Assembly (NCBI RefSeq): GCF_902713615.1
Contig: NC_052148.1
Span: 105,703,098-105,767,097, forward strand
From: Scyliorhinus canicula
Lineage: Eukaryota
Length of the DNA: 64,000 nt
Reading direction: 5' to 3'
Shown here piece after piece: positions 11,630-23,188 of this stretch. The notes below the pieces were generated by a model that saw nothing but the letters and a program-made list of their open reading frames with translations, ran no database searches and was not told where the DNA came from. Made by a program: the position numbers and the translations under genes. Each line of letters starts with the position of its first letter. Position 1 is the stretch's first letter.

Positions 11630-13787
11630 GTGAGTACACCTTGGTCTGTCAACAAACACCCCTTTTTTAGGAAATCACATGATTTCAGCTACCTGATCAG
11701 CATGGTACTCGGGAGGAAGAACTGTTTGTTTGAACTGTAATTATTTTAATAGATGGGAAGAAAGTACTGGTTTAAAGGTAAAAGGCAAGTGACTTACTGG
11801 AAATCACCTGATTGAGGAGCTTTAAGTTTTGAACCTGTTGTATTTAACTCTGTTTTGGAAAATAAGCCAAGAAGGAAGGCTGCTCTAACTCGCTCTCTCC
11901 CTGTCTCACCTGAAATTCTGTGTGTGTTTATCAATGTGCAACCAGAGAATCCTCATCTGAGTATAACTTGTATGCATTCAGAAAGCTGCAAAGCTAAGAC
12001 AAGAAGAATTGAACCAGCTCAGTATTCTCCTCCACACCAAAGCTCTGTTGGTGAGAACCTCCAGGCATCTGGGGGCGAGCTGGTCTTCACATGAGGAAGC
12101 TCCAAATCAACAGCATTGAAACCATGTGAACTTTATTGTTTATTTTATAAAGCCTATCCACCAAAGCCCTTCTCTGCAGAGACTTTCTGTTTTTTCTTTG
12201 TTTGTTTGTGTGTGCATGCTGAAGTATTTTTAAAAATAAATTTAGAATACCCAATTAATTTTTTCCAATTAAGAGGCAATTTAACGTCGCCAATCCACCT
12301 ACCCTGCACATCTTTGGGTTGTGGGAGCGAAACCATGCAAACATGGGGAGAATGTGCAATCTCCCTACGGACAGTGACCTAGAGCCAGGATCGAACCTGG
12401 GACCTCGGCGCCAGGAGACAGTAATGCTAACCACTACGCCACTGTGCTGTCCTACTGAAGCATTTTTAAACAGGGATGATAGTTGTACTTTCAGAGTACA
12501 ATTTTGTATTAACCAGTTATTGCAACTTGTTCTTTTTAAAATAAGTTTTTTTAAATTAAAAAATCAATCATTCTGTGTTTATTGAAAGAAGCATTGTTAA
12601 AGTTTCTTTTATCCTGGGTCTAACATCAGCAAAGGTAAATAATTGGCCATTTTGGCAAGTGAATTTAACTTTAAAACTAATGGTAGTAGTGCAGTAGATA
12701 AACTGTGCACTCCTCCCAAAAAGGTTGTAGCAATAAAAAAATGTCCCAAGACACTTACAGGACTGTAACTTATTTCTTTATCATATTTCCACAGTTATTT
12801 TTAATTTTTAAAAATAGATTTAGAGTACCCAATTCATTTTTTTTCCAATTAAGGGACAATTTAGCGTGGCCAATCCACCTACCCTGCACACCTTTGGGTT
12901 GTGGGGGCGAAACCCACGCAGACATGGGGAGAATGGGCAAACTCCACACAGACAGTGACCCAGAAACCAAAGAGAAAATGCTGGAAAATCTCAGCAGGTC
13001 TGGCCGCATCTGTAGGGAGAGAAAAGAGCTAACATTTTGAGTCCAGATGACCCTTTGTCAGTGATCCAGAGCTGGGATCTAACCTGGGACCTGGGTACTG
13101 TGAGGCAGCAGTGCTAACCACTGCTCCACCATGCTGCCCATATTTCCGCAGTTTAAAATAATATAACAGATTTGCCTTTGATTTTGTTTATCTCTCAAGA
13201 CAGCTCCTTTCCAGAAGGAAAATAACCTTTACTCATATCTCAGATTGGTAACCATAGCTCTAGACCAGCCTCACGGTTCTATTTCTGCATGATGATCCAC
13301 ACTCAACTGTGTCTCGGTGACCAGAGATAGACACAATACTCATATAAAAGCAGAAACTCTGGGTGTACCTACACCCACTGGACTGGAGTGGTTCAAGAAG
13401 GGAGCCCACCACCACCTTTTCAAGAGCAGTTAGCGATGATTAACAAATGCTGACCTAACCAGCACCTCTCACAACCCAAGAACAAGTACTAAAAAAAAGA
13501 AATACATCATAAGTAGGTAACATCTGTGGAGAAAAACACAGAAATAAGGGTTCAGTTTGATGATTAGGTTTTCAGCACCCTTGGGATTTTATTTTTGTAC
13601 CAGAGCACTGCAGTTTGATCATTATCACTTCTGATATATCTGTATTTTGCTGGTTCAACATCCTAGCTTATTTTTGATTGCTATATTATACTAATTGGGC
13701 ATATTTAATATGCAATCCACAATCCTAAGCCTATTTTCACTTTTCATCATCATCTGCAAATAGTCATCTGTACTTGTCAACATTATA

Positions 13788-13910
13788 CTCACCTGATGAA
13801 GGAGCTGCGCTCCGACAGCTAGTGATTCCAAATAAACCTGTTGGACTTTAACCTGGTGTTATAAAACTTCTTACTGTGCCCACCCCAGTCCAATGCCGGC
13901 ATCTCCACAT
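13788..13910 (+). mobile_element. Solo Penelope pLTR with degenerate hammerhead
   Basis: TCAC-CTGATGA-A-GGAGC-TGC-GCTCC-GACA-GCTA-GTGA; TSD CTTGTCAACATTATA at 13773-13787 and 13911-13925. Confidence 0.85.
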
Positions 13911-14549
13911 CTTGTCAACATTATATCTAATTTTCCATTGATCATCCCACGTATATTTTGTCCAACTGACTGTAATTCAGTTTTTTCTGCATCATCTAGT
14001 TTGAGTTTCTTCCCATCTTTGTATCCTCAGCAAATCAGACCATCTTCTGCGTCTATTGAATCTGCAGCATTCCCTCAATGAAAGAGACAAGGAACATAAT
14101 TCAAATGAGTGAAAAATAAACTTCAAACATTTCTTTACTCAAGCGACAACTAAAGTTTGGAATCATTTACCAGGTAAATTAATGCAGTCAGACACAGTGA
14201 TGGGTTTGGGATGGGGGAACGGTGGGGACGGGGGGAGGGAGTGCGGAGGTTGGTGGCAGGTGCATGGTGGCTCCAAAATTAAGTTAGATGGTAGACAGAC
14301 TATTATGGAGTGCCAGGCTGGCCAGCTCAATAGTCCATGGCAGGCCTAAATATGTGATAGAACATTTTTTGATTTAACTGTCCATTGCATTTTGTTTTGG
14401 AATCAATTAACGCTTTGAAGAACTACCATTGCTAATAAATACTTACTTAACAAAAAGCTTTTATGGGTGAATTGAGTTTTGTTTCATACATGCCTTCACA
14501 TCATCTTAATAAAAATAAAGATAAATGATATTTATAGACAGCATCCTTA

Positions 14550-15460
14550 TTTCATTTTTATTTATTCAAGGGACGTGGCTGTTGCAATGCCTGCATTTTC
14601 TGCCCTTTAAGAATTGCCCCCAAGAAGGTGGTGGTGAGCTGTCTTCTTAAACCACTGCTGTCCATGTGATGCAGGTACACCCACATTGCTTTGAGGGAAG
14701 GAGTTCCAGGATTCTGATCCAGCGCCATTGAAGGAACGACAATATACTACAATGCTGAGTGGCTTGGAGGGGAACTTCCTGATGGTGGTGTTCATGTGGG
14801 TCTGCTGCCCTTGTCTTTTTAGATGGGAGTGGTCATGGGTTCAGAAAGTTCTGCCAAAGCAGCCTTGCTTAGTTCCTGCAGTGTACCTTGTAGATGGTAC
14901 ACACTGGTGGCACTGTTCAGGGGAAAGAAAGTTTGCAGATAGGGTGTCAATGAAGCAGGCAGTTTTGTCCTGGATGATTTCAAGCTTCTTGAGTGTTGTT
15001 GGAGCTGCACAATTCCAGGCAAATGGACAGTATTCCATCACACTCCTGACTTGTGCCTTTAGATGGTGGGCAGGCTTTGGGGTGTTAGGAGGTCAGTTAC
15101 TCGCCACAAGATTCCTCGCCACTGGCCTGTTCTTGTAGCCAAAGTATTTATATGGCTGTACAGTTCAGATTCTGTTGAATGGTAACTTCTAGGCTGTTGA
15201 TAGTGGGGGATTCAGTGATGGTAATGCCATTGAATGTCAAGGGATGATTGTTTGATTCTCTCTTAGAGGTATTCATTGCCTGGCACTTGTGTGGCCCGAA
15301 TGTTACTTTCCATATGTCAGCCCAAACCTGGATATTGTCCAGGTGTTGCTGCATTTGGACATGGACTGCTTCAGTATCTGAGGTGTCACAAATGGTGAAG
15401 AATCTGAGAAACTCCTGCAGTGATGTCCTGGAACTGAGATAACTGACCTCCAACAACCAC
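14550..15460 (-). mobile_element. Abundant LINE family 3' portion (CR1/L2 group, unassigned)
   Basis: QQHLDNIQVWADIWKVTF, MMEYCPFAW...TLKKLEIIQDK; same family at ~830-1330, 4520-4770, 13360-13500 and 35950-36910. Confidence 0.65.
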
Positions 15461-15469
15461 AATCATATT

Positions 15470-15780
15470 CCTTCGAAAGCAAGAACATTCGCCTTCGCTC
15501 CAGTCTGCAGCCCCGTCGAGTCCAACACCCCGAAAATAGTCACCAACAAACAAGGCTCCAGATCAATGTTATGAATCACGGACATGGTGCCAAAGAAGGA
15601 GACCCAAAAGCTTACCATCCTTGGACAAGACCAGAACATGTGGGTGTGATTAGCAGGCCTACGAGTGCAGCGCTCACACCTGTCCTCCACTTCATCAAAG
15701 AACCCACTCATCCTAGCCTTAGCCATTGCAGCCCCTCACCCAGAGTATATTCTGCACCTTTGCAACCCTCAGTGCCTCCT
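15470..15780 (-). mobile_element. L1 ORF2 C-terminal fragment
   Basis: RMSGFFDEVEDRCERC...HMFWSCP. Confidence 0.7.
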
Positions 15781-16426
15781 GCAAGTGGTGTTCAACATGG
15801 AAGGGTACAGATTCATTAGCTGAGGGGGGAAGGTAAATGGTAATCAGCCCATGTTCAACCTGATGCTATGAGAAGCCATGTAGTCTGGAGTCGATGCACA
15901 GGGCAACTCCCTCGATTGTATACCACTGTCCCACCGCCTCTGCTGTGCCTGTCCTATTTATGTATTTCAATAGCAATTATGTTCTTTATTCGGAATCACA
16001 TAACAAATTTAGATTTCAGAAAGAGAGCTAAGGTAAGCATGTGTTGGGTATGTTTGATTGTGATTATCAGTTAAGTAGATTTGTTCTATGTATATTTATA
16101 TTGTTGTATTATATCTGGCTCTATCTAATCTGAAAAAAATTAATAGCGGATAATCTGCTTTATACGATGCAGGTAAGTGTTACTGCCTTTTGTGAAGTAA
16201 CGTAATTTTTTTTACCAAGGCACTCTCAAAAACTTCCCTCAATTTTACTAGATGATACAATTTTGAATAACTAATGCATACATTTCTTTGCAGACTTTAT
16301 GTTTTTCTTGTTATTTATGCATCACCATCGTCTTCAAAAATCTATGTTGTGTCTTCATTAATTTCCCTTCAGGAATAGAAACTTCTGCATCAAGGTGAGA
16401 GACAATTGTACTGTCATCTTGCCATT

Positions 16427-16497
16427 TCCCCATTAGAATAGTGGTTAATATCCCCGCCTCTCATGTGGGAGTCTGGGGTTCAATTTCCGACGGGGAA
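16427..16497 (+). pseudogene. tRNA-Asp-derived pseudogene with CTC anticodon
   Basis: Aligns to recalled vertebrate tRNA-Asp(GTC) TCCTCGTTAGTATAGTGG...CGACGGGGA; CpG-decay changes, B-box TTCAA, 1-nt deletion; anticodon 16460-16462 = CTC; TTTTT at 16502-16506. Confidence 0.75.
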
Positions 16498-16655
16498 TGT
16501 ATTTTTGGGGTGGCACTGTGGCACATTGGTTAGCACTGCTGCCTCACAGCTCCAGGGACCCGGATTCAATTCCAGCCTCGGGTGGATGTCTGTGTGGATT
16601 TGCACTTCCTCCCTTTGTCTGCGTGGGTTTCCTCTGGTTGCTCCGGTCTCCTCCC

Positions 16656-16882
16656 TGATGCACGATCAATTGCACAAAAGACTTAGATTGGTACAACTGT
16701 GGCTTTATTACAGTCAGATGCTTGGCCTCCTACTGCAGCTGGCGAAATGGCAGATCAGAGGAGGACACGCATATTTATACAGCTTCTAAAGGGCAGAGCT
16801 AGCCGGCAGGGCTACCGGCGAACCTGTAGTGCAGGTCTTACCTTACATCCCCTAATACAGGTGCACACAGTGGTTCACCATA
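16656..16882 (-). mobile_element. Solo LTR (227 bp) inserted in a SINE
   Basis: TG...TA termini (CA mutated); TSD CTCCC (16651-16655 / 16883-16887); SINE sequence resumes precisely; minus-strand TATAAA and AATAAA. Confidence 0.82.
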
Positions 16883-18139
16883 CTCCCACAGTCCAAAGAT
16901 GTGCAGGTTAGGTGGATTGGCCATGATAAATTGCCCCTCAGTGTCCAAAAGGTTAGATGGGGTTACTAGGTTATGGGGATAGGGTGGAGGCATGGGCTTA
17001 AGTAGGGTGCTCTTTCCAAGGGCCGGTGCAGACTTGATGGGCCGAATGGCCTCCTTCTGCACTGTAAATTCGATGATTCTATGACCTCAGTGCATAGTGA
17101 AGTCTTCCCATTTGATCTTGCTTTTTCCTACAGAGTTACATTTTGCCTCAACTTTCTAAAGTAGTATAGATGAAATGTAAAATTCAGTGAGGATTGAATC
17201 TGCATCGGCCATTCTGCTTTCCTGCACAAGATGCAAAAGTGATTCTGTAATTGCTGTGACTACTACTGATACTGTAGGATCTACTCCATTCTAAATTCCA
17301 CATCATTTATATCAAAATTCGGGCAGCATGGTAGAACAGTGGTTAGCACAATTGCTTCACAGCTCCAGGGTCCTATGTTTGATTTCTGGCTTGGGACACT
17401 GTCTGTGCGGAGTCTGCATGTTCTCCCCGGGTGTGCGTGGGTTTCCTCCGGGTGCTCCGGTTTCCTCCCATAGTCCAAAAATGTGCAGGTTAGGTGGATT
17501 GGCCATGATACATTACGCCTAGTGTCCAAAAAAGGTTAGGTTGGGTTACTGAATATGGGGATATTCTCCAATGTGTCAGATTAAGTATTTACCATTTTGA
17601 GAGTTGAACAATGTGGACAGCATTCATCATTATTTGTATTGTTTCATACCTCCGTGACCTCTCTGCAGCCTTAGTCATGGTTTATTACACATTCTTCTCC
17701 CATGCCTCTGCCATTGGCCAGCTCATGGTTCCATTTTTACTTATCGAATTTATCAGGTTCTTTGTCTTAGCCGCAAAGAGAAAGAATCAGTGCTGGTACG
17801 CAGCGATTTCGTATAACATAGTGCAAAGGATTTATTTACAAGATGCTGCTCAAACACGGTACAGTGATGAACTCCACAAAAGCCCGCAAAAAGCTCCAAT
17901 GGCACCATTGCACAACATGTGTCATTACACTGACCAATGCTGTTACTCTGATACATTACCCAATTGTAGCCAGAGAATCTTCACTCTTGGTTTCTCTTTC
18001 CCTCTCACATCTCAGAAATTCCCCAAGGTTCTAACTTGATCCCCTTTCTTTTCCTCATCTACATGTTTCCATTTTATGACAGCTGCAAACATGAGATATG
18101 TTTCAACGTGTATGATGAGTACCCAGCTCTATCATTTAA

Positions 18140-20370
18140 AAAAAAACAAAGAACAAAGAACATTATAGCACAGGAACAGGCCCTTCAGTCCACCAAGCCT
18201 GCGCCGATCTAGTTTCCGTATTTAGACCTACTACTTATTGCCCAAACAATGTGAATCCCTCTGACAGTCCTCATCGCTATACACATTTCCACCAACCTTT
18301 GTGTCGTCCGCAAACTTACTAATCAGACCAGTTACATTTTCCTCCAAATCATTTACTATGAACAGCAAAGGTCCCAGCATTGATCCCTGCAGAACACCAC
18401 TAGTCACAGCCCTCCAATCAGAAAAGCACCCTTCCATTGCTACTCTCTGCCTTCTATGACCTAGCCAGTTCTGTATCCATCTTGCCAGCTCACCTCTGAT
18501 CCCGTGTGACTTCACCTTTTGTACCAGTTTGCCATGAGGGACCTTGTCAAAGGCCTTACTGAAGTCCATATAGACAACATCCACTACCCTACCTGCATCA
18601 ATCATCTTTGTGACCTCCTCGAAAAATTCTAGCAAGTTAGTGAGACACAACCTCCCCTTCAAAAACTGTGCTGCCTCTCGCTAATACGTCCAATTGCTTC
18701 CAAATGGGAGTAGATCCTGTCTCTAAGAATTATCTCCAGTAATCTCCCTACCACTGCTGTAAGGCTCACCAGCCTGTAGTTCCCTGGATTATCCTTGCTA
18801 CCCTTCTTAAACAAAGGAACAACATTGGCTATTCTCCATTCCTCCGGGACGTCACCTGAAGACAGTGAGGATCCAAAGATTTCTGTCAAGGCCGTAGCAA
18901 TTTTCTCTCTTGCCTCCTTCAGTATTCTGGGGTAGATCCCATCAGGCCCTGGGGACTTATCCACCTTAATATTTTTCAAGATGCCCAACACCTCGTCTTT
19001 TTGGATCTCAATGTGACCCAGGCTATCTAAACACCCTTCTCCAGACTCAACATCCACCAATTCCTTCTCTTTGGTGAATACTGATGCAAAGTATTCATTT
19101 AGTAGCTCGCCCATTTCCTCTGGCTCCACACATAGATTCCCTCCCTTGCCCTTCAGTATACCCACCCTTTCCCTGGCTACCTTCTTGCTTTTTATGTCCG
19201 TGTAAAAAGCCTTGGGATTTTCCTTAATTCTATTTGCCAATTACTTTTCGTGACTCCTTTTAGCCCTCCTGACTCCTTGCTTAAGTTCCTTCCTGCTTTC
19301 CTTATATTCCACACAGGCTTTGTCTGTTCCCAGCCTTATAGCCCTGATAAATGTCTCCTTTTGCTTTTTGACAAGGCCTACAATATCTCTCGTTATCCAA
19401 TGTTCCTGAAATTTGCCGTATTTACCCTTCTTCCTCACAGGAACATGCCGGTCTTGAATTCCTTTCAACTGACATTTGAAAGCCTTCCACATGTCAGATG
19501 TTGATTTACCCTCAAACATCCGTTCCCAATTTAGGTTCTTCAGTTCCCGCCTAATATTGTTATAATTAGCCTTCCCCCAATTTAGCATATTCACCCTAGG
19601 ACCACTCTTATCCTTGTCCACCAGCACTTTACAACTTACTGAATTGTGGTCACTCTTCCTGAAATGCTCCCCTACTGAATCTTCTACCACCTGGCCAGGC
19701 TCATTTCCCAATATCAGGTCCAGTACAGCCCCTTCCCTAGTTGAACTATCTACATATTGTTTCAAGAAGCCTTCCTGGATGCTCCTCACAAACTCTGCCC
19801 CGTCCAAGCACCTAGCACTAAGTGAGTCCCAGTCAATATTGGGGAAGTTAAAGTCTCCCATCATAACAACCCTGTTGCTTTTACTCCTTTCCAAAATCTG
19901 TCTACCTATCTGCTCCCCCATCACCTGCTGGCTGTTGGGTGGCCTGTAGTAAACCCCCAACATTGTGACTGCACCCTTCTTATTCCTGATCTCTACCCAT
20001 ATAGCCTCACTGCTCTCTGAGGTGTCCTCCCGCAGTACAGTTGTGATAGTCTCCCAAACCAGTAGCGCAACTCCGCCACCCCTTTTACATCCCCCTCTAT
20101 CCCACCTGAAACATCTAAATCCTGGAACGTTTAGCTGCCAATCCTGTCCTTCCCTCAACCAGGTCTCTGTAATGGCAACAACATCATAGTTCCAAGTACT
20201 AATCCAAGCTCTAAGTACATCTGCCTTATCCGTAATACTTTTTGCATTAAAGCATATGCACTTCAGGCCACCAGACCTGCTGTGTTCAGCAACATCTCCC
20301 TGTCTGCTCTGTCTCAGAGCCATACTGACCCTATTCTCTAGTTCTCCCTCAATGCTTTTACCTTCTGAGA
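18140..20370 (-). mobile_element. CR1-clade LINE: EN plus most of RT, internally deleted, joined to 3' tail
   Basis: CFNAKSI, ITETWL, GDFNFP, SDH, SPGPDGIYPRIL, DFSKAFDKVPH, KFADDTK; one stop (19241-19243), one frameshift (~18660); short-repeat tail near 18145. Confidence 0.88.
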
Positions 20371-20384
20371 AGTTGGTTAGGATT

Positions 20385-20800
20385 ATATTCATTGGAGTTT
20401 AGGGAGTTTAGAAGAGTGAGAAGGGATCTCATGGAAACTTAGAAAATTCTAACAGGGTGATTAGACAGGGTAGTTCCAAAAAGAATCTTCCCGAAGGTGG
20501 GGGAGTCCAGATCTAGGGATCATAGTTTGAGGATAAGGGGTAAACCTTTTAGGACTGAGGTGATGAGAAATGTCTTCACCTAGAGAGTGGTGAATCTGTG
20601 GAATTCACTGCCACAGAAAGTAGTTGAGGCAAAACGTTGATTTGAAGAAGGAATTAGATATCGCTCTTGGGGCTAAAGGGATCAAGGAATATGGGAGGAA
20701 GACAGGAATAGGGTATTGAATTTGATGATGAACCATGATCTTAATGAATGGTGGAGCAGGCTCGAACAGCCAAATGACCGTCTCCTACTTCTATTTTCTA
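20385..20800 (+). mobile_element. CR1 3' end
   Basis: Decayed EFRRVR.DL...RDHSLRIRG...RVVNLWNSLP and 3'UTR. Confidence 0.75.
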
Positions 20801-22439
20801 TGTACGGTTTTATATATGACCCCATATCTCCTTGAGCACACAAACTGCCTACTCGCAAATCTGTAACATTACCGACCTTCTTCCCTACATCAGCCCATCT
20901 GAAGGTGAAATGTCCTTGTCATGCCCTTGGCATCCCTTGATTCAATGATTTATGAGCCAGCTTCTCCTCCTCAACTCTCTGCAAACAGTATGCACACCAG
21001 CACAGTGGTTAGAACTGTTGTTTCACAGCGCCAGGGATCCAGGTTCGATTCCCGACTTGGGTCACTGTCTGTGCAGAGTCTGCATGTTCTCCCTGTATCT
21101 GCATGGGTTTCCTCTGGGTGCTCCGGTTTCCTCCCATAAAGTCCCAGAAGCCGTGTTTATTAGGTGAATTGGAAATTCTGAATTGTCCCTCAGTGCACCC
21201 GAACAGGTGCCGGAGTGTGGCGACTAGGGGATTTTCGCAGTAACCTCATTGCAGTGTTAATGTAAGCCTACTTGTGACATTAATAAAGATTATTATGACT
21301 TATTATAACTTCTGCTCAGCTAAAAATCAATTAAACTATCTCACACAAATGTTCTGTTAACCTATCAGCCAGTTCCTAGTGGCCGACGTTGACTTCCAGC
21401 CTCAATCCCAATGCCTCAAATCTGCCATTCTCATTTGTGGTTGTAAATTCTTGGCCTCACCCTTCCCCATCCTTGTGATGTCTAGTCATTACCCTCAGCC
21501 TGAATTGCCTATTCTTTTGACCCATCTCTTGTTACTCCAGGATTACCAAAAAAAAAATCATCACAAGTGGTAATTTTAGTGCTCCAATATGGGATGTTCT
21601 ATTCAAATTGAAGATTCCAAAATTGCCATTAGAAGTGAAGGATACTTAATCATTTGTTGTTATTGATGAGCAGGACACTGGATACCTTGCGGTTCCCATC
21701 AGTTGCAGAAATCACAGACATTGCAAGTTCCCTCTACAAATACCCGTGCACAGAGGCAGAGGTCCATCCCTTTCCCTCCACACAGTGGGCAGTCTTGACT
21801 TTAAACAAATTCCTTCTGGAAATCCGCTCCTCCTTTAAAACACAATTCTTTGACCAAACCTCAAATCATTCCTGATACTCTTCCTTGACCGAGTCTATTT
21901 TTCTATTTTGCCTCTGTGAAACATGATACGTTAAAGGCGCTGTCTAGTTGTAGCGATATAAAGGTATAGGTATTTAGTATAATTTAAGGAATGTGATTTC
22001 AGTGGGTGGTATAGCTGATGTTTTGTGTATTTCATTTGTGTGCCATGATTTTACTGGAAATAATCAAAGTACTTGTGTTTTTTCTTTTAAAATCATTGTA
22101 TTATTGGGGGCTGTGCTTTGTAACCTTTTATGGCACATGTAAAAAGATTTGAAATGAAGGAAAAACAGAAAATACTGGACAATCCCTGAGATTGTCAGAC
22201 GAGATCCGAATCCCGGCCTCGGGTCACTGTCCGTGTGGAGTTTGCACATTCTCCCCGTGTCTGCATGGGTTTCACCCCACAACCCAAACGATGTGCTGGT
22301 TAGGTGCATTGGCTATGCTAAATTGCCCCTTAATTGAAAAAAAATAATTGGGTACTCTAAATTTTAAAAAAATTTAAAAGCCCCAAACGAAACATAAAAA
22401 GTGCGTTTTTAAAAGCACCCATTAAATTTACACTCGGGA

Positions 22440-22800
22440 GAAGCGTTGCCCGCTTGTTTTTCCCTCAGGGTGATGGGTCAGGTTTACACAGGGCCTTGGA
22501 GCCCAGAGCAATATGTGTTTCGAGATCGTTCGCACTGATTGTTGTTTTGATTCATATCGGGGCCCGTAGGGCGGTTGGCGCATGCGGGCTGGGAGCTGAG
22601 CGGTGAAGATGGACGTGAATCAGCCCAAACAGGAGCATCTGCTGGCGTTGAAAGGTAGGGAGCGGAGCCGCCGGCGCCGCTTCACCTGTGGGTGTCCGAG
22701 GGGAAGCGGCTCTCTCTCTGGGTTCACCTTTAAGCTCTCCATGGGTTTTGGAGGCTGCGCTCCGGCCCATTATGGACAGTGAGAGGATGTTTGCAGATAC
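22440..22800 (+). promoter_or_regulatory. CpG-rich TRAPPC13/SHLD3 promoter region with NRF1-like motif
   Basis: Local CpG enrichment around exon 1; GCGCATGCG at 22578-22586, 22 nt upstream of the ATG. Confidence 0.55.
22609..22654 (+). CDS. TRAPPC13: TRAPPC13 coding exon 1 (probably shared first exon of SHLD3 mRNA)
   Basis: ATG GAC GTG...AAA G|GTAGGG = MDVNQPKQEHLLALK, matching the TRAPPC13 N-terminus; CpG-rich context. Confidence 0.95.
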
Positions 22801-23188
22801 ACAGAGAACTGCCTCCCTCCCTCACCTGAAACCCTCATTCCCCGAGACGGCACACCCTTTCCCGTGAGAGTCACTCAGCTTGGGGGGGGGGGGGGGGGGG
22901 GGCAATCAATTCATTTACTTACTGCGGACGCTGAGCTTTCCCCGCGGATTTCCGTGCATAGGGAGGTCTAAGTGCTGCTTTACGGTGAATCCGGCTTTGA
23001 TTGTTGCTGACGTTAGGTGCTCAAAGTCGGTGCTATTTTCCAACATTGGCAGCATACTGACAAGTGTGGGGCGGGCGGCACGGTGGTTAACACTGCTGCC
23101 TCACAGCCTCGGGGATCCAGGCTCAATTCCCAGTTTGAGTCAGTGTCTGGAGTCTGCACATTATTAATAATAATCTTTATTGTTGTCA

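Noticed and set aside
11150-12735. Possible older long LTR hosting the 11227 LTR and a SINE
   Set aside because: LTR-like composition, but termini and TSD could not be fixed
14031-14173. Possible exon (TCCTCAG ... CAG|GTAAAT)
   Set aside because: Stops in the frames examined; 3' half is a decayed CR1 end (KHFFTQ...VWNHLPG)
16059-16133. Possible C/D snoRNA (GTGATTA ... CTGA)
   Set aside because: Imperfect C box, no convincing terminal stem or guide, AT-rich chance match
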